DNA from: Klebsormidium nitens
Lineage: Eukaryota; Plantae; Klebsormidiophyceae
Length of the DNA stretch: 60,065 nt
NCBI GenBank assembly: GCA_000708835.1
Contig: DF237490.1
Location: forward strand, 1 to 60,065
Reading direction: 5' to 3'
Position numbers and translations under genes: made by a program. Below, one piece after another: positions 10,701-23,067 of the stretch. Under the pieces are notes generated by a model. It made no database searches. It was not told where the DNA came from and worked only from the letters and a program-made list of their open reading frames with translations. The number at the start of each line of letters is the position of its first letter. The first letter of the stretch is position 1.

Positions 10701-13700
10701 TAGACCCGACAACCTGCACAATGACAATGCATGCAACTCTCCGCAAGAGTTGCTCTGAGGGTCCGAAAGAAGTTGCGGGATCTCACGGGGTTGTGTGGCG
10801 CCTGCCGCTTGAGCTGGCCGGTGGCGACATTGAGCCAGATGGAGATGCTCTTAGAGAGGGAGCCCGTCTTGTTACGCATGAACGTGGTCATCATACGGTC
10901 CTTTAGCTCCTGGACACGTGGAGGTACCAAAAGTCAACACGTGGCATTAGCACCCGAACAGCAGACGATCTCCTATGTCAGACATGGGGCGCTCCTTAAA
11001 CATGTGAGATCCACCAAAAACCCCTCGTTCAGGTAAAGAAGGACGGTAAGAGCGAGCAGAAAATCCTTTTGCTGAAGCCTCGAGCGCGAACAACTGAACG
11101 GAGGGAAGGGTTACGAAGAAGCCAGCCTTAAGAAAGTGATAAGGACGGAACATACCTTTCAGGCGCCCGTCGGCTGATCAGCCGCCCGATATTTGCGTCA
11201 ATTTTGTTTCAGCAGTTTTTCGAACATGTTTGCTCGTGAATGTTTGGATAGCGTGTATGTTTCGGCAGTTATTCGCACGTGATACGCAGGATGTTTCGCA
11301 GTATGAATTGTTTGTTGGCAGCTTGTGTTTGCAGCGAGTGTATGATCAGCAGGAAGCCTTGCGGCTTGATTCGCAGCATGCATCAGCAGACTCAGATTGC
11401 TTTGCAGCAAATCCCGACCTCGATTGCTCTCACAGAGCCTATGCAAAGACTTCTGCTAATAATTCCTACTCCAATCCAACACAACGGAGCACCCAAGGGC
11501 AGTCATCAAAACAAGCAACACGTGGGCGCTTTCGCACTTGCAAAGACAAGCCAATCACCCACTATTAGCTCGGTAGGCGTGTATATCTCAAGCTTGACCC
11601 GTCCTTTCAACTAGCGAGTTGACCCAAACAGCAAGTGCTTCGGAAAACCCTGTCACCCTCTCAGCAGCAACATCAAGGGGAAGAAGTAAGAGCAACTACT
11701 CACTGGGCAGTTGAGCGGCTTCACGGGCTGCATGACGATGAGTGCGTCGTGCAGATGGGACACGATGGCCTCTTGCTGCTGGATGAGGTGCTGGAGGTTT
11801 GGCACTGCGCGCGCCGCTAGCCGCTCCGGCTTCTTGATGCCGCCAGTCAGTGCAATCACGTTGTCCTGCCAGATCTTCTGCAAGGCGACAGGGAAGCGAG
11901 CGGAAGCTTCTCGTTAGTAACAAAGTCGCGTGTTTGGTACGTAACAGTTCCTTTGCTACTACGAGTATTTGGCGTAAACGGGAAATGGGCGGACACTTCT
12001 CGTCAGCAAGTTATCGCGTTCCAAAACGTGAAAGTGCCTTTGCTAACCGAATGTTGGACGGCAGGGAGGAAACTATGTCCGCAAAAAAAACGATTGATGG
12101 CAAAGGAGTTCGGAGGAGAGTCTGAAAACGGCATGTGCACTGCTAGGTCGAGTCAAGTCCTATACGACCACAACGGATTGGACGGCTCTGCCAAGGACCT
12201 TTACGATCTAGCCGACTTCATCGCGGATAAACCGAGAAACCAGGTGGAGCCGACAATGCTCTTTTGAAGTGCAGAACCGCCTGTGGTGCTTGTTGCCACC
12301 CCCAGATCGCCTGACCCATATCACATTACTCGAAAGCATCCCCCGGGCAGAAGGGTGCGTGGCACCAAAATTCACCAAAGGGCTCAGTCCAAAGCAGCTG
12401 GAAAGCTGGCCGTCTCACTGTTTATCTCACCTCGGTGGTCTGCTCCGCGCTGGGCTTCTCGGGGCAGACTACGACGGGGAACGTGTCCGGCGTTCCGTCG
12501 AAGATGCCCAGTTTGAGCAGCAGAATTCCGTCCACTTCGCTCCGCTCCCGGTCGCCGCAGCAGTGCACAATGACCGGAACACCACGCATGCCCTCACGCA
12601 CAATGTCGTCCGTCACGCCGCGGACGTCCGACAAGTCGGTCTCCTGCTCCTTGAAGCCAACCATCTGCAAGGAGAGTTCGGAAGTCGATACAGATTTCGC
12701 TTAACGGGTCTGGCAAGAGTTCATGCGCGGACGTCCGACAGCGCGGTCTCCTGCTCCTTGAAGCCAATCATCTGCACGAATTGGACAGCAACCGGTGTGA
12801 GTTTCCAAAGAGGGAACGGAAGTAAATATGAATCTCTGGTTCGGAATCTAGCGGAGGGAACTTTGATAGCTCGGTCAAACCCCTTTCAACCCTCACCAAG
12901 TGCAGGAGGGAGAAATTGTACGTTCAAAGAAGCGACGAAAAAGCAGGAATGAATCCCGACTGTTTCTCGAGGCGGATGGCTGACGCGGCAACCATCAGAT
13001 GGGCCCGGTGGAATCGGACCCATTTCTGTCCACGACCAACCAAGCGCCACTCTGCTTCGCCCACATTCAAGAAAAGGGGCCTACACGAAACAAGTCCGAA
13101 GTGACGCGCCCAGGCAGACTGCTTTACTCATCATCGTCTACTACGATAATGAGCCTCTCTCCTCCCGCGAATAGCGGAATCAATGGGACGCCGTGAACTA
13201 CCGGCAAGAGCAGGGAGCCTCTAGGAGCTGGTCTTCTTCCGCATCAACGAGCTCTGCCAAACCACTTTTCGGATGGTGTGATAGGAGTTCGAACCTAAAC
13301 TGACGTTCCTCCGGGTGCCCTTCTCACGTCAGCTTCGATCTGGCCCTGAAACACGTTCACGTAAACTTTCTCACAACCTAACAAAGCAACACTCACATCG
13401 CCCAGCTCCCAGCTTTCCTCGAGGCCCTCCCATGCGTTGGACTCCAGCCTGATCTTTTCGATCATGAGCTGCTGCGCTGGCGTGTACCCCTCCCGGATGC
13501 GGCTGGTGTAGAAGCGCGCGCGGTCCTTGGGGCTGCTTCCGGCGGAATCGACCCCCGGAATGGCTTCCTCGAGGGCCGGAACGACCATACGGTCCCCCAC
13601 GCAGTGACACACCATCTGCAGAAGAAAAGCGACAGTGTATCGGACTTCAAAATCCGTTACGTAAGTAGAAGCAGCAATTCTGGAGAAACTACTTGAGGAG

Positions 13701-16700
13701 TTTTGCCATAGCGTAGAAAACACTGCGTCTCACAGGAGAAGAAGACGAGCAGGACTGCAAAACAAAATGCTGAATCCTTCGAACAACCCCCTCGCATACT
13801 TCGTCTATTTCTTCGATTCCCATCCGGTCCGATCGCAACCAGGTGGTTGTTTAGCTATGGCGCCTTGAAACAAGGCGAGTAACGCCAGTCGTATTGCACA
13901 ACCACCAATACAACCGATCCACGCAAGCGAGAGCCCTGTTGACAACAAAGGGTGTGTTCGAACCTCGGGCAAGAAACGCTCCAGCAAGCATTGTCGCCCT
14001 CTGCCTCACCTCCCACTTGTCCCCCTTCTGAACCCGCTCGCACTTGTACTGGAACTTGAGCTCGTCCCCACTGATCCCCCCCGCCAGGAAGCGTCGCTCC
14101 ACCAGCTTCACGTACCGCTCCTTGCGCCACCCGATCACGTGGGTCGTCAGGCCCGGCCGTTTGGACTTCCAGACGAAGATCGGGACTACGGTCCCGTGGT
14201 CGCGAGACTCGGGGACCGGGTGGAAGGGACCGTCCATTCCATCGCTCCCGGGAACCACCAACCTGTACACTAAACAGATGTAAATCGCCGTCGAATACTT
14301 GACAAGATTTCTGAAGGGGAATAACTCATACTGGACTACGAGGCAGACTCCTCGGTCATGTTCTGTTTCCCAAGACAGTCCCAGCACGGTAAAGGAGGAC
14401 TGCCGGAACCAAGAAAACCCAAAGTGGAAAATCTGCGGGAGTCCAAAAACCTTGCCGCTCGGATGGCACAGCCAACAGCTCTGTATGCAAATAAAGCAAC
14501 AAAGGTTCGAAGCTTTCAAATGGTCCCAAACCCTGCCCTGTCCTTGCATCTGACGTTGTCGAAGGCCCACACAACCCACTGTTGTTCAAGGCTGCAAGAA
14601 CACTCTCTGGCCACCTTCAAACGCCCAAGAGTCGGCAATTCGGCCCTTGTTGCAACAGTCCCTTGCCTCTTACAAGTTAGGCCCTTGGCACTCCCAGGCT
14701 TGTTCCAGAAAGCTCCAGAACACACTCCAGGCTCCTTCTAATCCCAGTTGCTCTCCACGAGCCCCAATCCAAAAGAAACAAACGGCTCAGCCTCCGATCA
14801 AAATCCTCACCTGTTGCAGGTCAAGCTCTTGGCACTCCCGGGCTTTCCAACCACCACGATCTCCAGCGTCGCTTGCTCCAGCGCGCGCGTCTCCTTCACG
14901 ATCTGAGTCTCAAAGTCGACCGGCGTCTTCAGCTCGCCGATGGTGGACCTTATGGTTTCGTGCATGCTAATCACCATGTTGGCGAGTTCTAGGATGGGAG
15001 TTGGGTCCAGTTCCTCCTCCTTGGGCGTCGCATCCAGCGTGCCGCTGTAGAGAAAATGATGATGGAGTTCAATACAGGTGCTTCGAGTTAACAATCGTCG
15101 CTCGTGTTCCTGGGTTCATGAGAAAGCACCTCAGTACCAATTTTTCCAAAACTTGGGACTGCTATAACAGAACCTTTCGAAGGACGTTTAGAACCTCGAG
15201 CATGCCGCGATTCCTACTACGTAGCAAGGACAGGTTGTAAAAAGGGCTTGCAAAGAGCCTTGAAAAGGTGCACATGCTGGACGCAAAGATATCCCAGGCC
15301 ATACTGAAAAGGGGCCTTTGCTAAAAGGCCTTGAAGAAGTCTTTCCCTAAATCAGCGACGTTGGCTGGACCCGTCAAAGGAACTTTGAGGACCGGGGAAA
15401 GACTTGACAACACTTTAGTTCTGCAGGCCTTGACAGACCTTTGATCCCAAACAAAGCCAGGACAGACACTAACGACCTTCGTCTGCGTTAAGGCCGCGGT
15501 AAATATCAAGAGAGAGACGTTCTCAAAACTGTGCTCACTCGCGCAGGCGCGGCAGGGTGACGTCACGGAGGTGTGCCCTGAGCTGCTCCCTGGTGGCCTC
15601 GTTCTTGGTCACCTTGGCCAGGAACTTGTCTGCCAGCTCGAAGGACGTCAGGTTGATCACCTTCTCGTCCGCCATCTGAACATGTACAAAAGGTCTGCCG
15701 TCAGAGAGACTGCTTGACACTGTTGCAGACCTTAAAGGGCCTGCACTTGTCTAGCACACAACCTCGAAATCGAAGATAAATGGCAAGCAAGATGAACCTC
15801 CTCAATTTCGGCCACTGAAAACCGAAGGTAAGTTCTTGACTGCAGCGCTCCTAAAATGGTGCTAAACGAGGGTATCGTAAGACAACAGCCACACAGGGAC
15901 CGAATGCCCGCAACGTGACCTTGCAGTTGCTAAAAGCAGCGACGTGGTTCACAACCGCACCGACATGCAGTCATTAGCCAATTCTGAATGTCCTGCGAGC
16001 CACATGAGGCAGTGCCCTTTTCGAGAAAGCATAACCACGTCAGTTGGGCATCTGGTCTGACAGGTTTTTGCAACCAAACGAGATGCATGACAGCAGCATA
16101 AGACACTTTTAGGCTCGTACCTTGCTCAGCGCGAACTCTGGGCTGTACTGCCGTGCATTCTTCAAGCCGATCATGGTCCCCAGCTCCGACAGGACCAGGC
16201 GGCTCTCCCTCTCCCGTTGCTCTTGAAGCTCAGGAGTATTCTCCACACCTGGAAACAAGTTACAGCACCAAAAAAGAGTTAAGACCCTGCAAGACAAGAA
16301 GCTGATTATATTACGCACACAGCGACACCCGAGCAAAGTGACGACCAGAAGTGCCACGCCACCAAAATGCATCAATCAAGATGCACGAATGCCGCTCTGA
16401 TCAAACGCAATCGCAGCTCTCCTGATCTGCTGCGCACCCACGGTGTTGACCCGGAGCTGCCCACATTCGCTCTTCTTTCCTAAGCTCGTTGACATTCGCC
16501 AATTGAGTCAGCATAAGCAGAAGGTCAGAAAAGTCTATCTTGAACAAGCAAGCAAAGCAGCCCACCAGATCCCCACAGCCTGGCCGGCACAGCCACCCCA
16601 AATGGATAAAGAAGGCATGCATTTTGCTGATCCCCGCCGACCAAACAAGCATAAGCAAAAGGACACCAGAAAAGTGGCCCCAAACAGATAAGCAAGGGCG

Positions 16701-17978
16701 CCCACCTGGTCCCCACAACCTTGCCGGCACGTATACCCTGAACGGGCGGCCGAAGAAGTCGTACAACCGCTCCATCTTGACATCATCACCGCCCTGCTCA
16801 GCCTTGGGCCCCGCTACCCCCCCGCAACTTTCCGCTGGCTGGCTGTCGCTAGTCTCCGGAGTCGCTATATCATCCTCACCAAAGCTTCCTATTGCCGCAG
16901 CCCTGGGCATTGCCCTCCCGCCTAAGCTCCCGGCTCGCCTGTCTGAGTTTGCCCCCAGTTGACTTTCCTGAGTTTCCACACATGCTTCTGAGTGCAGTTG
17001 CTCGCTGTCAGTGTCGGTTGCCCCTCGCATCCCTTGACTCGTTGCTACCAGGATAAGTGCTCTCTTGCCTGGACTTGCAGAGGCTTGCTTACGGCTCGCC
17101 GGCACCGCACGCTTTGCAGGTGCACTGGCCTCTTTTCGTGCTTGAGCGACAGGGCGCATCAGCGATTGCGGCAGACTGGCAGCCTTTGCTTGCAGAAGCG
17201 TCCCACTAATGTGTTTTGGAACGTCCTGCTTTCCCACAATCTCGCGCGCAACGAGCTTGCTGCTCCCTGCGGTCGACACACTCCTGCTACCCTTGATTAG
17301 GGTTTCGCTTCTGACGGGTTCCGCAGACAAAGCAAACTTTTCATTTCCATAAGGCTCAGACCAGCTTGACATTGGCTCCGAGTCCTCCTTGAAGCTAGAC
17401 TGCGACCCCTCAAGCGTTCGGCGCCTCCGCACTGGTTTCTTTGCCACTTCTACAAGCCGCCGCTTCAAATGCTTCCCGCCTTTCTCAGGGTCTTCCAGCG
17501 CCCATGGTGCTGGGGGGCTAGGCTCTCTGTTGCAGCCCATAAAATGCACAGACTCTTGGGAAAGAGGTAGACTGGCGGTAAAATCAGAGGAGGTGTCTAT
17601 GCTAGCAGGGAGTGCAGCATCACGACCAATGCTGCTGACGCCCCAAGTCTCGTGGCTGCTTGTCTGGGAGTTAGACAGGCTCAGAAGGCACTCTGCAGAT
17701 GCCACAATGCTGTCCTCGTTCTCCAAAGAATCAAAAGCACTTTGCTTATGTGACTGCTGAGGCAACCTTGCATGAGGCTGCCAAGTCTCTTTGACCTGTT
17801 CCCTGATTTTTGGCAACTCCGTTGAGAGAAATGTGCGATCCCCGCTACGCCGACTGCCCCAGAAAGAACGCTTCCCCTTGACTGGCTGCACTGCTTCTTC
17901 CAGCTTCTGCTTCTTGGCAGCTGGCAACGCAAGAATAGCCAATGTCTGCTCCTCTAGGTATTCTCTCCCCTTTGCCAT
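7740..17978 (-). CDS. Dynamin-superfamily-like (NUGGC/SLIP-GC or bacterial dynamin-like type) P-loop GTPase, 1227 aa, with a long low-complexity N-terminus
   Basis: 14 phase-consistent exons: 17978-16706, 16248-16121, 15675-15539, 15044-14811, 14262-14010, 13615-13397, 12664-12431, 11877-11704, 10909-10787, 10342-10245, 9720-9525, 9205-9107, 8806-8578, 8026-7740. Motifs: G1 LEIVVVGKPGSAKS, G2-like DHGTVVPIF, G3 ELG-DMVG (split by a splice junction), G4 region PVVVCPEK. Followed by a helical C-terminal stalk-like region. Confidence 0.75.
12728..12776 (-). repeat. Intronic copy of the G3-exon 5' end (12621-12669) with an intact acceptor
   Basis: 45/49 nt identical. The copy reads gtgcag|MIGFKEQETALSDVRA-stop. 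Confidence 0.9.
14664..14706 (-). repeat. Intronic copy of the G1-exon 3' end (14808-14848)
   Basis: About 28/35 nt identical. Encodes KPGSAKGLTCKR versus KPGSAKSLTCNR. The donor GT has become GC. Confidence 0.8.
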
Positions 17979-18780
17979 GGCTTCTCCTTTGCTCCTAGCA
18001 GCCAGAAATGGTGTCCAAAGTAGGCCCCTTGCATGAGAGAGAAACCAAGTCTGGGGGGGCGAACTTCAGGGAGAAGAGGGGGAAGAAGCAGGTCTTTCTT
18101 GAGTCCAAACCCGCTAGGCTGTCTCTCCTAGCGGCTGGCCCCTGCTACCCCCCTTGCGGATTCCGCAGCTTGCTCCCGTTCGTGCCGTAATTTGGATTCC
18201 TTGCCTACGTGTAGTTCTGATCCTCCAAGATAGGGCCTTATTGAGAATGCGCCCATCCGTCCCATTTTTCGTCCTGGGGGATCCCTCAGTTGACTCGGCA
18301 CTGCCCGGTTAGGAAGGAAACCGGGGGTGCATGGAAACTTGAAGTCTCTTTGACGGGCTTCCCAGCCGCCTCTCTAGACACCGGCTTCGTCAGCACGTTC
18401 CGAAGCAGCCGGTTCAATAAACCGGTTGACTTCTGCTGACCTAATTCTATAAGGGGGGGGTTGAGTGGACGAGGATGACTCAGACCGGCAAAACACGTTA
18501 CAGCCGTCGATCTTGATTCTCAGCGCTTTTGAACCGTCGATCTCATGCTGATCTTTTGGGTTCGACCCAAAACCAAAACTACGCGTCCCTGCTTCTCCAA
18601 AATTACGGCAAGCGTTTGGCCATTGGCGACGCAGCGCATACAGCAGATGTGGCGGCCTTCTGCAGCGTTTACGAGCTCACATTGCTTCCATCCTTTCAGC
18701 TCTGGCGTCCCTCCCTCTCACAGATCATTCAGGCTGTGCTTCCGTGTTGTTCCTGAGACGGCGCTGTGCATTCTGTCAAG

Positions 18781-21700
18781 ATGTTTGCATCATTTGTTCC
18801 CACCCGGCAACGGAGCGCCTCCAGCGCCAACGCCCCCGGATCTGCTGAACATTTCTTCTCTAAGAAGCAGAAGTTGCAGCACCAGGAACATGAAAAGGGA
18901 CTGAATCCTACATTTGACAATGGTGCCTGGGAAACTCTGCCCACTGCCCAACCCTACGGCCCGGCCCCCGGCAACACATTGTTAGCAGGTAATTAAACGT
19001 GCTGAGAGTCTTCAACCTTCTGGATGTTGTCTCTGCAATGTCTTCACGTGAGCAATTGGTTGTGAAAATGCAGTAGGCAGCTGTTGTTGTCCCTGGATGT
19101 GACATGCGAAGGGTTTGGGTTTTGGGGTTGCGGGCATGTCCCTGTTTGAGAAAGAAGAAGAGATACAGGTCAGGACTTACATTAACTACACATCTGGTCA
19201 TGATTTGCTAAACCATTGCCTTCAAAAGAGCTTCCAGCATTCAAGTTCTGCCCCCTCAACAAAAGGCCGTTTGGTTATGCCCCAGAAGTTACGAACACCG
19301 AAATCATGCAAGCAAGACAATTGATCTATTGTGCTCCGCTTGCAGATATGGCTTTGGCAGATGAACCTCAGACAGGGTGCCCGGCTTCTGGAGATGTACG
19401 TCAACCTGACGCATTTGACAATGGACTGAGTTGATCAACTTTCCTGGTCTCCTGAAAGTATGTAAATGCATCTGTTGAGTGCCATCTTGTCAATGCAACC
19501 CAGCCAGGTTTTGCATCAGGCATTGAGGGAGCCCCCTGTTGAAGGGATGCCTTTGGTGTGTGAATCATATGCCCCCAAGCTTCTGATTTGCTTCTAAACC
19601 TTATTTCCAAAATGCGATTGCGAACTTGTCTCCCCTGGTCCTCTTCAGGTCATGCCCTTCCCAGACAACCTTCTCGACATCCCTGATGACCTGGACATTG
19701 ACAGGATGTCGTTCTGCAGCTCCGACACAGATTTTGAGGATGTAAGCTCCCAAGATCCTCCAGTTTCTTGAGTGGTTTTCTGATTGCGCAGTTGTCTTTA
19801 TTTAGCAGTACGGAATTGAACAGATTGTACACTCCCCAGCCACATGCAATGTGTGTGGTAACAGCGCCTCCAAGATGCATGCAAGCTTCAGTGTGCCACA
19901 TGTGCCCTCTGCTGCATCAACTTTCTTGTGTCGTTCTCAAAAGCTGCTGTCATCCTGCTTGCAGTTAGGGGAGGATTACACTTCCAACCCCAGGGACGAG
20001 CAGCTGGACATCTATGGGGAGAGTGCATCCTTGCTTGGGATGCCTGACGACAAGGTAAGGCTGGCAATGCTTGCCAGCAGACAGGACCATCATTTTGCCC
20101 ATGCTCGGTGACACCTGTCACGTTCTGATCTCTAAGCAGGGTTTGAATCCTACTCCATTGTCAATGCCTTGGTGAATTTTTCAGAAATGTTCAAGATTAG
20201 CTTCTAGCATCTTTGAGTCTGATAGGTATTCTTCTCATTACTGCAGAAAGGAGTTGACATGGGGGTGCTCTCCTGGCTGGAGGCAGGCTTTCCTTCCTAC
20301 CCCAATGCAGAGGTATGCTCAACAGCCCAGCTTTTACATTTGCCAACTCAGGATCTGAATGCTTGCTGGTTGTTCAATGCGCTTTGCAAAAGTGATGTTG
20401 GAAGCATCTGGGGAGCAGTTGGTTTTCTTCCTACCAAGGCAGCAGATAGGACAATGTGGATTTTTATGTCTGGTCACCATTCCTAAACGCGAGGTCTTTG
20501 TGGTTTCTGACGTTCAGAATCTTGTCAATGCAGGGTTTCAGGCTTCCTGCAGCACTGGACAACACCCTCTGCGAATATCAGTTGCCAGCGAGCGCAACCC
20601 ACGAAGCCATTGTTCCTGGAACTCCCGCCGCCACTCCCGGCTTCACTTCTGAGCAGGTGATTGCCCCTCTTGAATTGGACCAGAACCTGCAGACATTCTT
20701 TGGGCTGGAAACGGTCAATGGCTACTTGAGTGAAACCCTATGTCCACTGCACTGTCCTTTGGTAGGGACTAAAGTAGCTTTTAGTTGCGCAGACCCTTTT
20801 ATCTTTGAAGTCCTTATTTGCAAGCCTGCGCAGATCGTGATTTGAAGGAGACTCTCTCTCTGCAGTTTTCCGCTCTGAAGAAGTTTGCCGACACGACCAA
20901 TCTCGACGTTGTCATTGAACCCGACGGCATCAAGCTGAAGCGCTCCCCCCAGGCAACGCCGGTACGGGGCACGCTACTAAAGTCCTGCTCTTGAAATGCA
21001 TTGTCTTGAACCTCCAAAGTTCCAGGCGTTGGAGGGACCTGTCGCAATTGGCAAGATGCCAGGCGGTGATGAAACGATGAACAAGATGTTTCGTTGCTAG
21101 TTGCCGTCTTTCAAGTGTATGCTCTTTGCATTCCAAACAGTCTGCAATCACTGAACTCTGATCAGAGGACTTGAGGAAAGGAGTGCAGGATAGCTGGTTT
21201 GAGAAGTGGATTGACTGCATTCGCAATCCACCTCCGTGTTTGGTTCTGCTTATAACGCGCTCGTCACGGCTATTGCAGGACTCGTTTCTGACGCAAGCCC
21301 CGCCTGGCTTTGGTGTGGACACGGGCCTGAGCGAGCGGGAATTCACGGAGGGCCCTCTGCGCATGGAGGCCGAATCTGCTGGCAGCCACGTGGTGAGCAC
21401 TTGCCCGTCCAGTTCACAATTGAGGATTTGTCGGGGATCAGGACATAGGTATACCTGTCAAAAGTAGATGTTAGGCAAAGGTTTTTGATTAGTCGCTCGC
21501 CACAAACCTCGAGCTACGGCTCTGCCTTTTTGCCGCAGTCTTGCCTCTGCCCACAGCGAAATATTCTTCCTGAAAGGAGAAGATTACACGAGTGGCGGCT
21601 GTGGGTGAAAACTCATCAGAGAAACGGACGCGTATCTTACCTAGTCTGATCCGCCTTTTCTTAAAAACGACAGGGCTACAAGTAAGCTGATCCTACCGCC

Positions 21701-23067
21701 ACTTCGTCTATTTCAGGACCCTATGATCCCCACCCAGCTCTTCCCGGAGACCTCTACCGGGGCTCTGGACTTCTCCGCTCTCCCGTTGGAGTCGCCCCCC
21801 CCTTTCGACTGCCCCCCCGTCGCTGACTATAGCTGTGACATCACCGACGATGAGCTGTTGGCCATCCTCTTCGGCTCGGATAGGGAGGGAGCCGTGGAGA
21901 TTCCCAAAGCTGCTACCGAAGAGGTAAGGACATGAGAATTACATTTTCGAAGTTTTGTGGTACCCTGATTTAAGATTCTGCAGAACTGAGAAAATTTCAA
22001 CTTAAAAAGATAGGTTCACATGAGAAGAGAATCGCACTACAAGAAATTGGTTCAATATTATCAGATTGGACGGATCTGGGCACCTGAGTTCGTTGGGGAT
22101 TGCCAGGACAGGAAAGCATTCCATGGCAGGATGCTTTTGTTCCCTTGCACTTCGCGTCTCAAATCTTCGTGTCATTAGAACCACGGCGACGTCATCTGAC
22201 GTGCGCTTCTGACCGCAGGTGACGGACTCCGAGTTCCTGCCCATTTGCAACGAGGCGGACAGCCTTTCCGAGGACGGCACCTTCCAGATCAACGGCCGCC
22301 CGGTGACAAGGATGTCGTCAGCGGAGTTCGCCAGGACCAGGCCTTACGATCTGCAAGGTGAGCCACGATGACGTCAGCTTTTGCTCCTTCGATTCGTGCG
22401 CTTGACGACCTGGTCACGTGGGTTGTCGGGATGGGCTCGTTGGAGCCGGCATTGGTGCAAGAAAGCGTTGTACTTTCCGTCGACTTTCTTGCCGAAGTGC
22501 ATCTTATTGCTACTTCTGCAGACTTTCTGCTTTGCCTCTTCGCTGCGAGGTTATGCTGTCTTTGTTGGAAGAGATCAAAAAGAAGCTCACCAGTCACTTG
22601 CTCGTATTCAAGAGCTTCATTACGTGATTCCGTTGCATCATGCAAGCGAGCACTAATTCTGTTCTCCCCTGTTGGCAGTCGTGTCCGAGGAGCTGTCCAA
22701 GGAGCCCCCCCACCCCGAGACAAGCCTCAACTGGTGCTTCATCATCCCCAACCGGAGTCCGAAAGACCTCAACAAGTTCCTCCCGGAGAAGACGTGGACC
22801 AACGGGGGAAAGAACAAGGAGAAGCCCACCGAACTCAACAACGCAATGACGGTCCAACATATCGGCTTTCAGGCGCACAAGCTCCCTCGGGCAGAAGTTC
22901 CGGGCTACCTGCAACTGGACGCAACAGATCGGGCCATGCTCCGGTTCTCCATGAAAGTCTACACCCGGAGGGGGGTGAGGAGCTGCAAGAAGGCATACCC
23001 CACCGCTTACGTCGTGCTGACGTTGAAGAAGCCGATCCGGAGGCTGCGCCACGCGCGTCGGGGTTAG
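18781..23067 (+). CDS. Multi-exon protein with an acidic/Pro-rich N-terminal region and a divergent NAC-like domain at the C-terminus
   Basis: The last three exons (21717-21923, 22219-22357, 22679-23067) are phase-consistent and give ..DYSCDITDDELLAILF..EFARTRPYDL..NWCFIIP..KTWTNGGKNKEKP..QHIGFQAHK..RFSMKVY. Upstream exon candidates: 18781-18988, 19238-19395, 19649-19741, 19965-20054, 20247-20312, 20553-20656, 20866-20960 region, 21278-21394 region. One phase conflict near 20312-20553 is unresolved and the start codon is uncertain. Confidence 0.65.

Noticed and set aside
13130-13197. PLFAGGERLIIVVD as a candidate G3 exon of the GTPase
   Set aside because: It would require very short introns and hits stops. 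A canonical DxxG forms by direct splicing of 13397 to 12664.
20100-20158. tRNA-like T-loop GGTTTGAATCC followed by CCA
   Set aside because: No acceptor stem, D-arm or anticodon arm can be folded. It is intronic, at most a SINE remnant.
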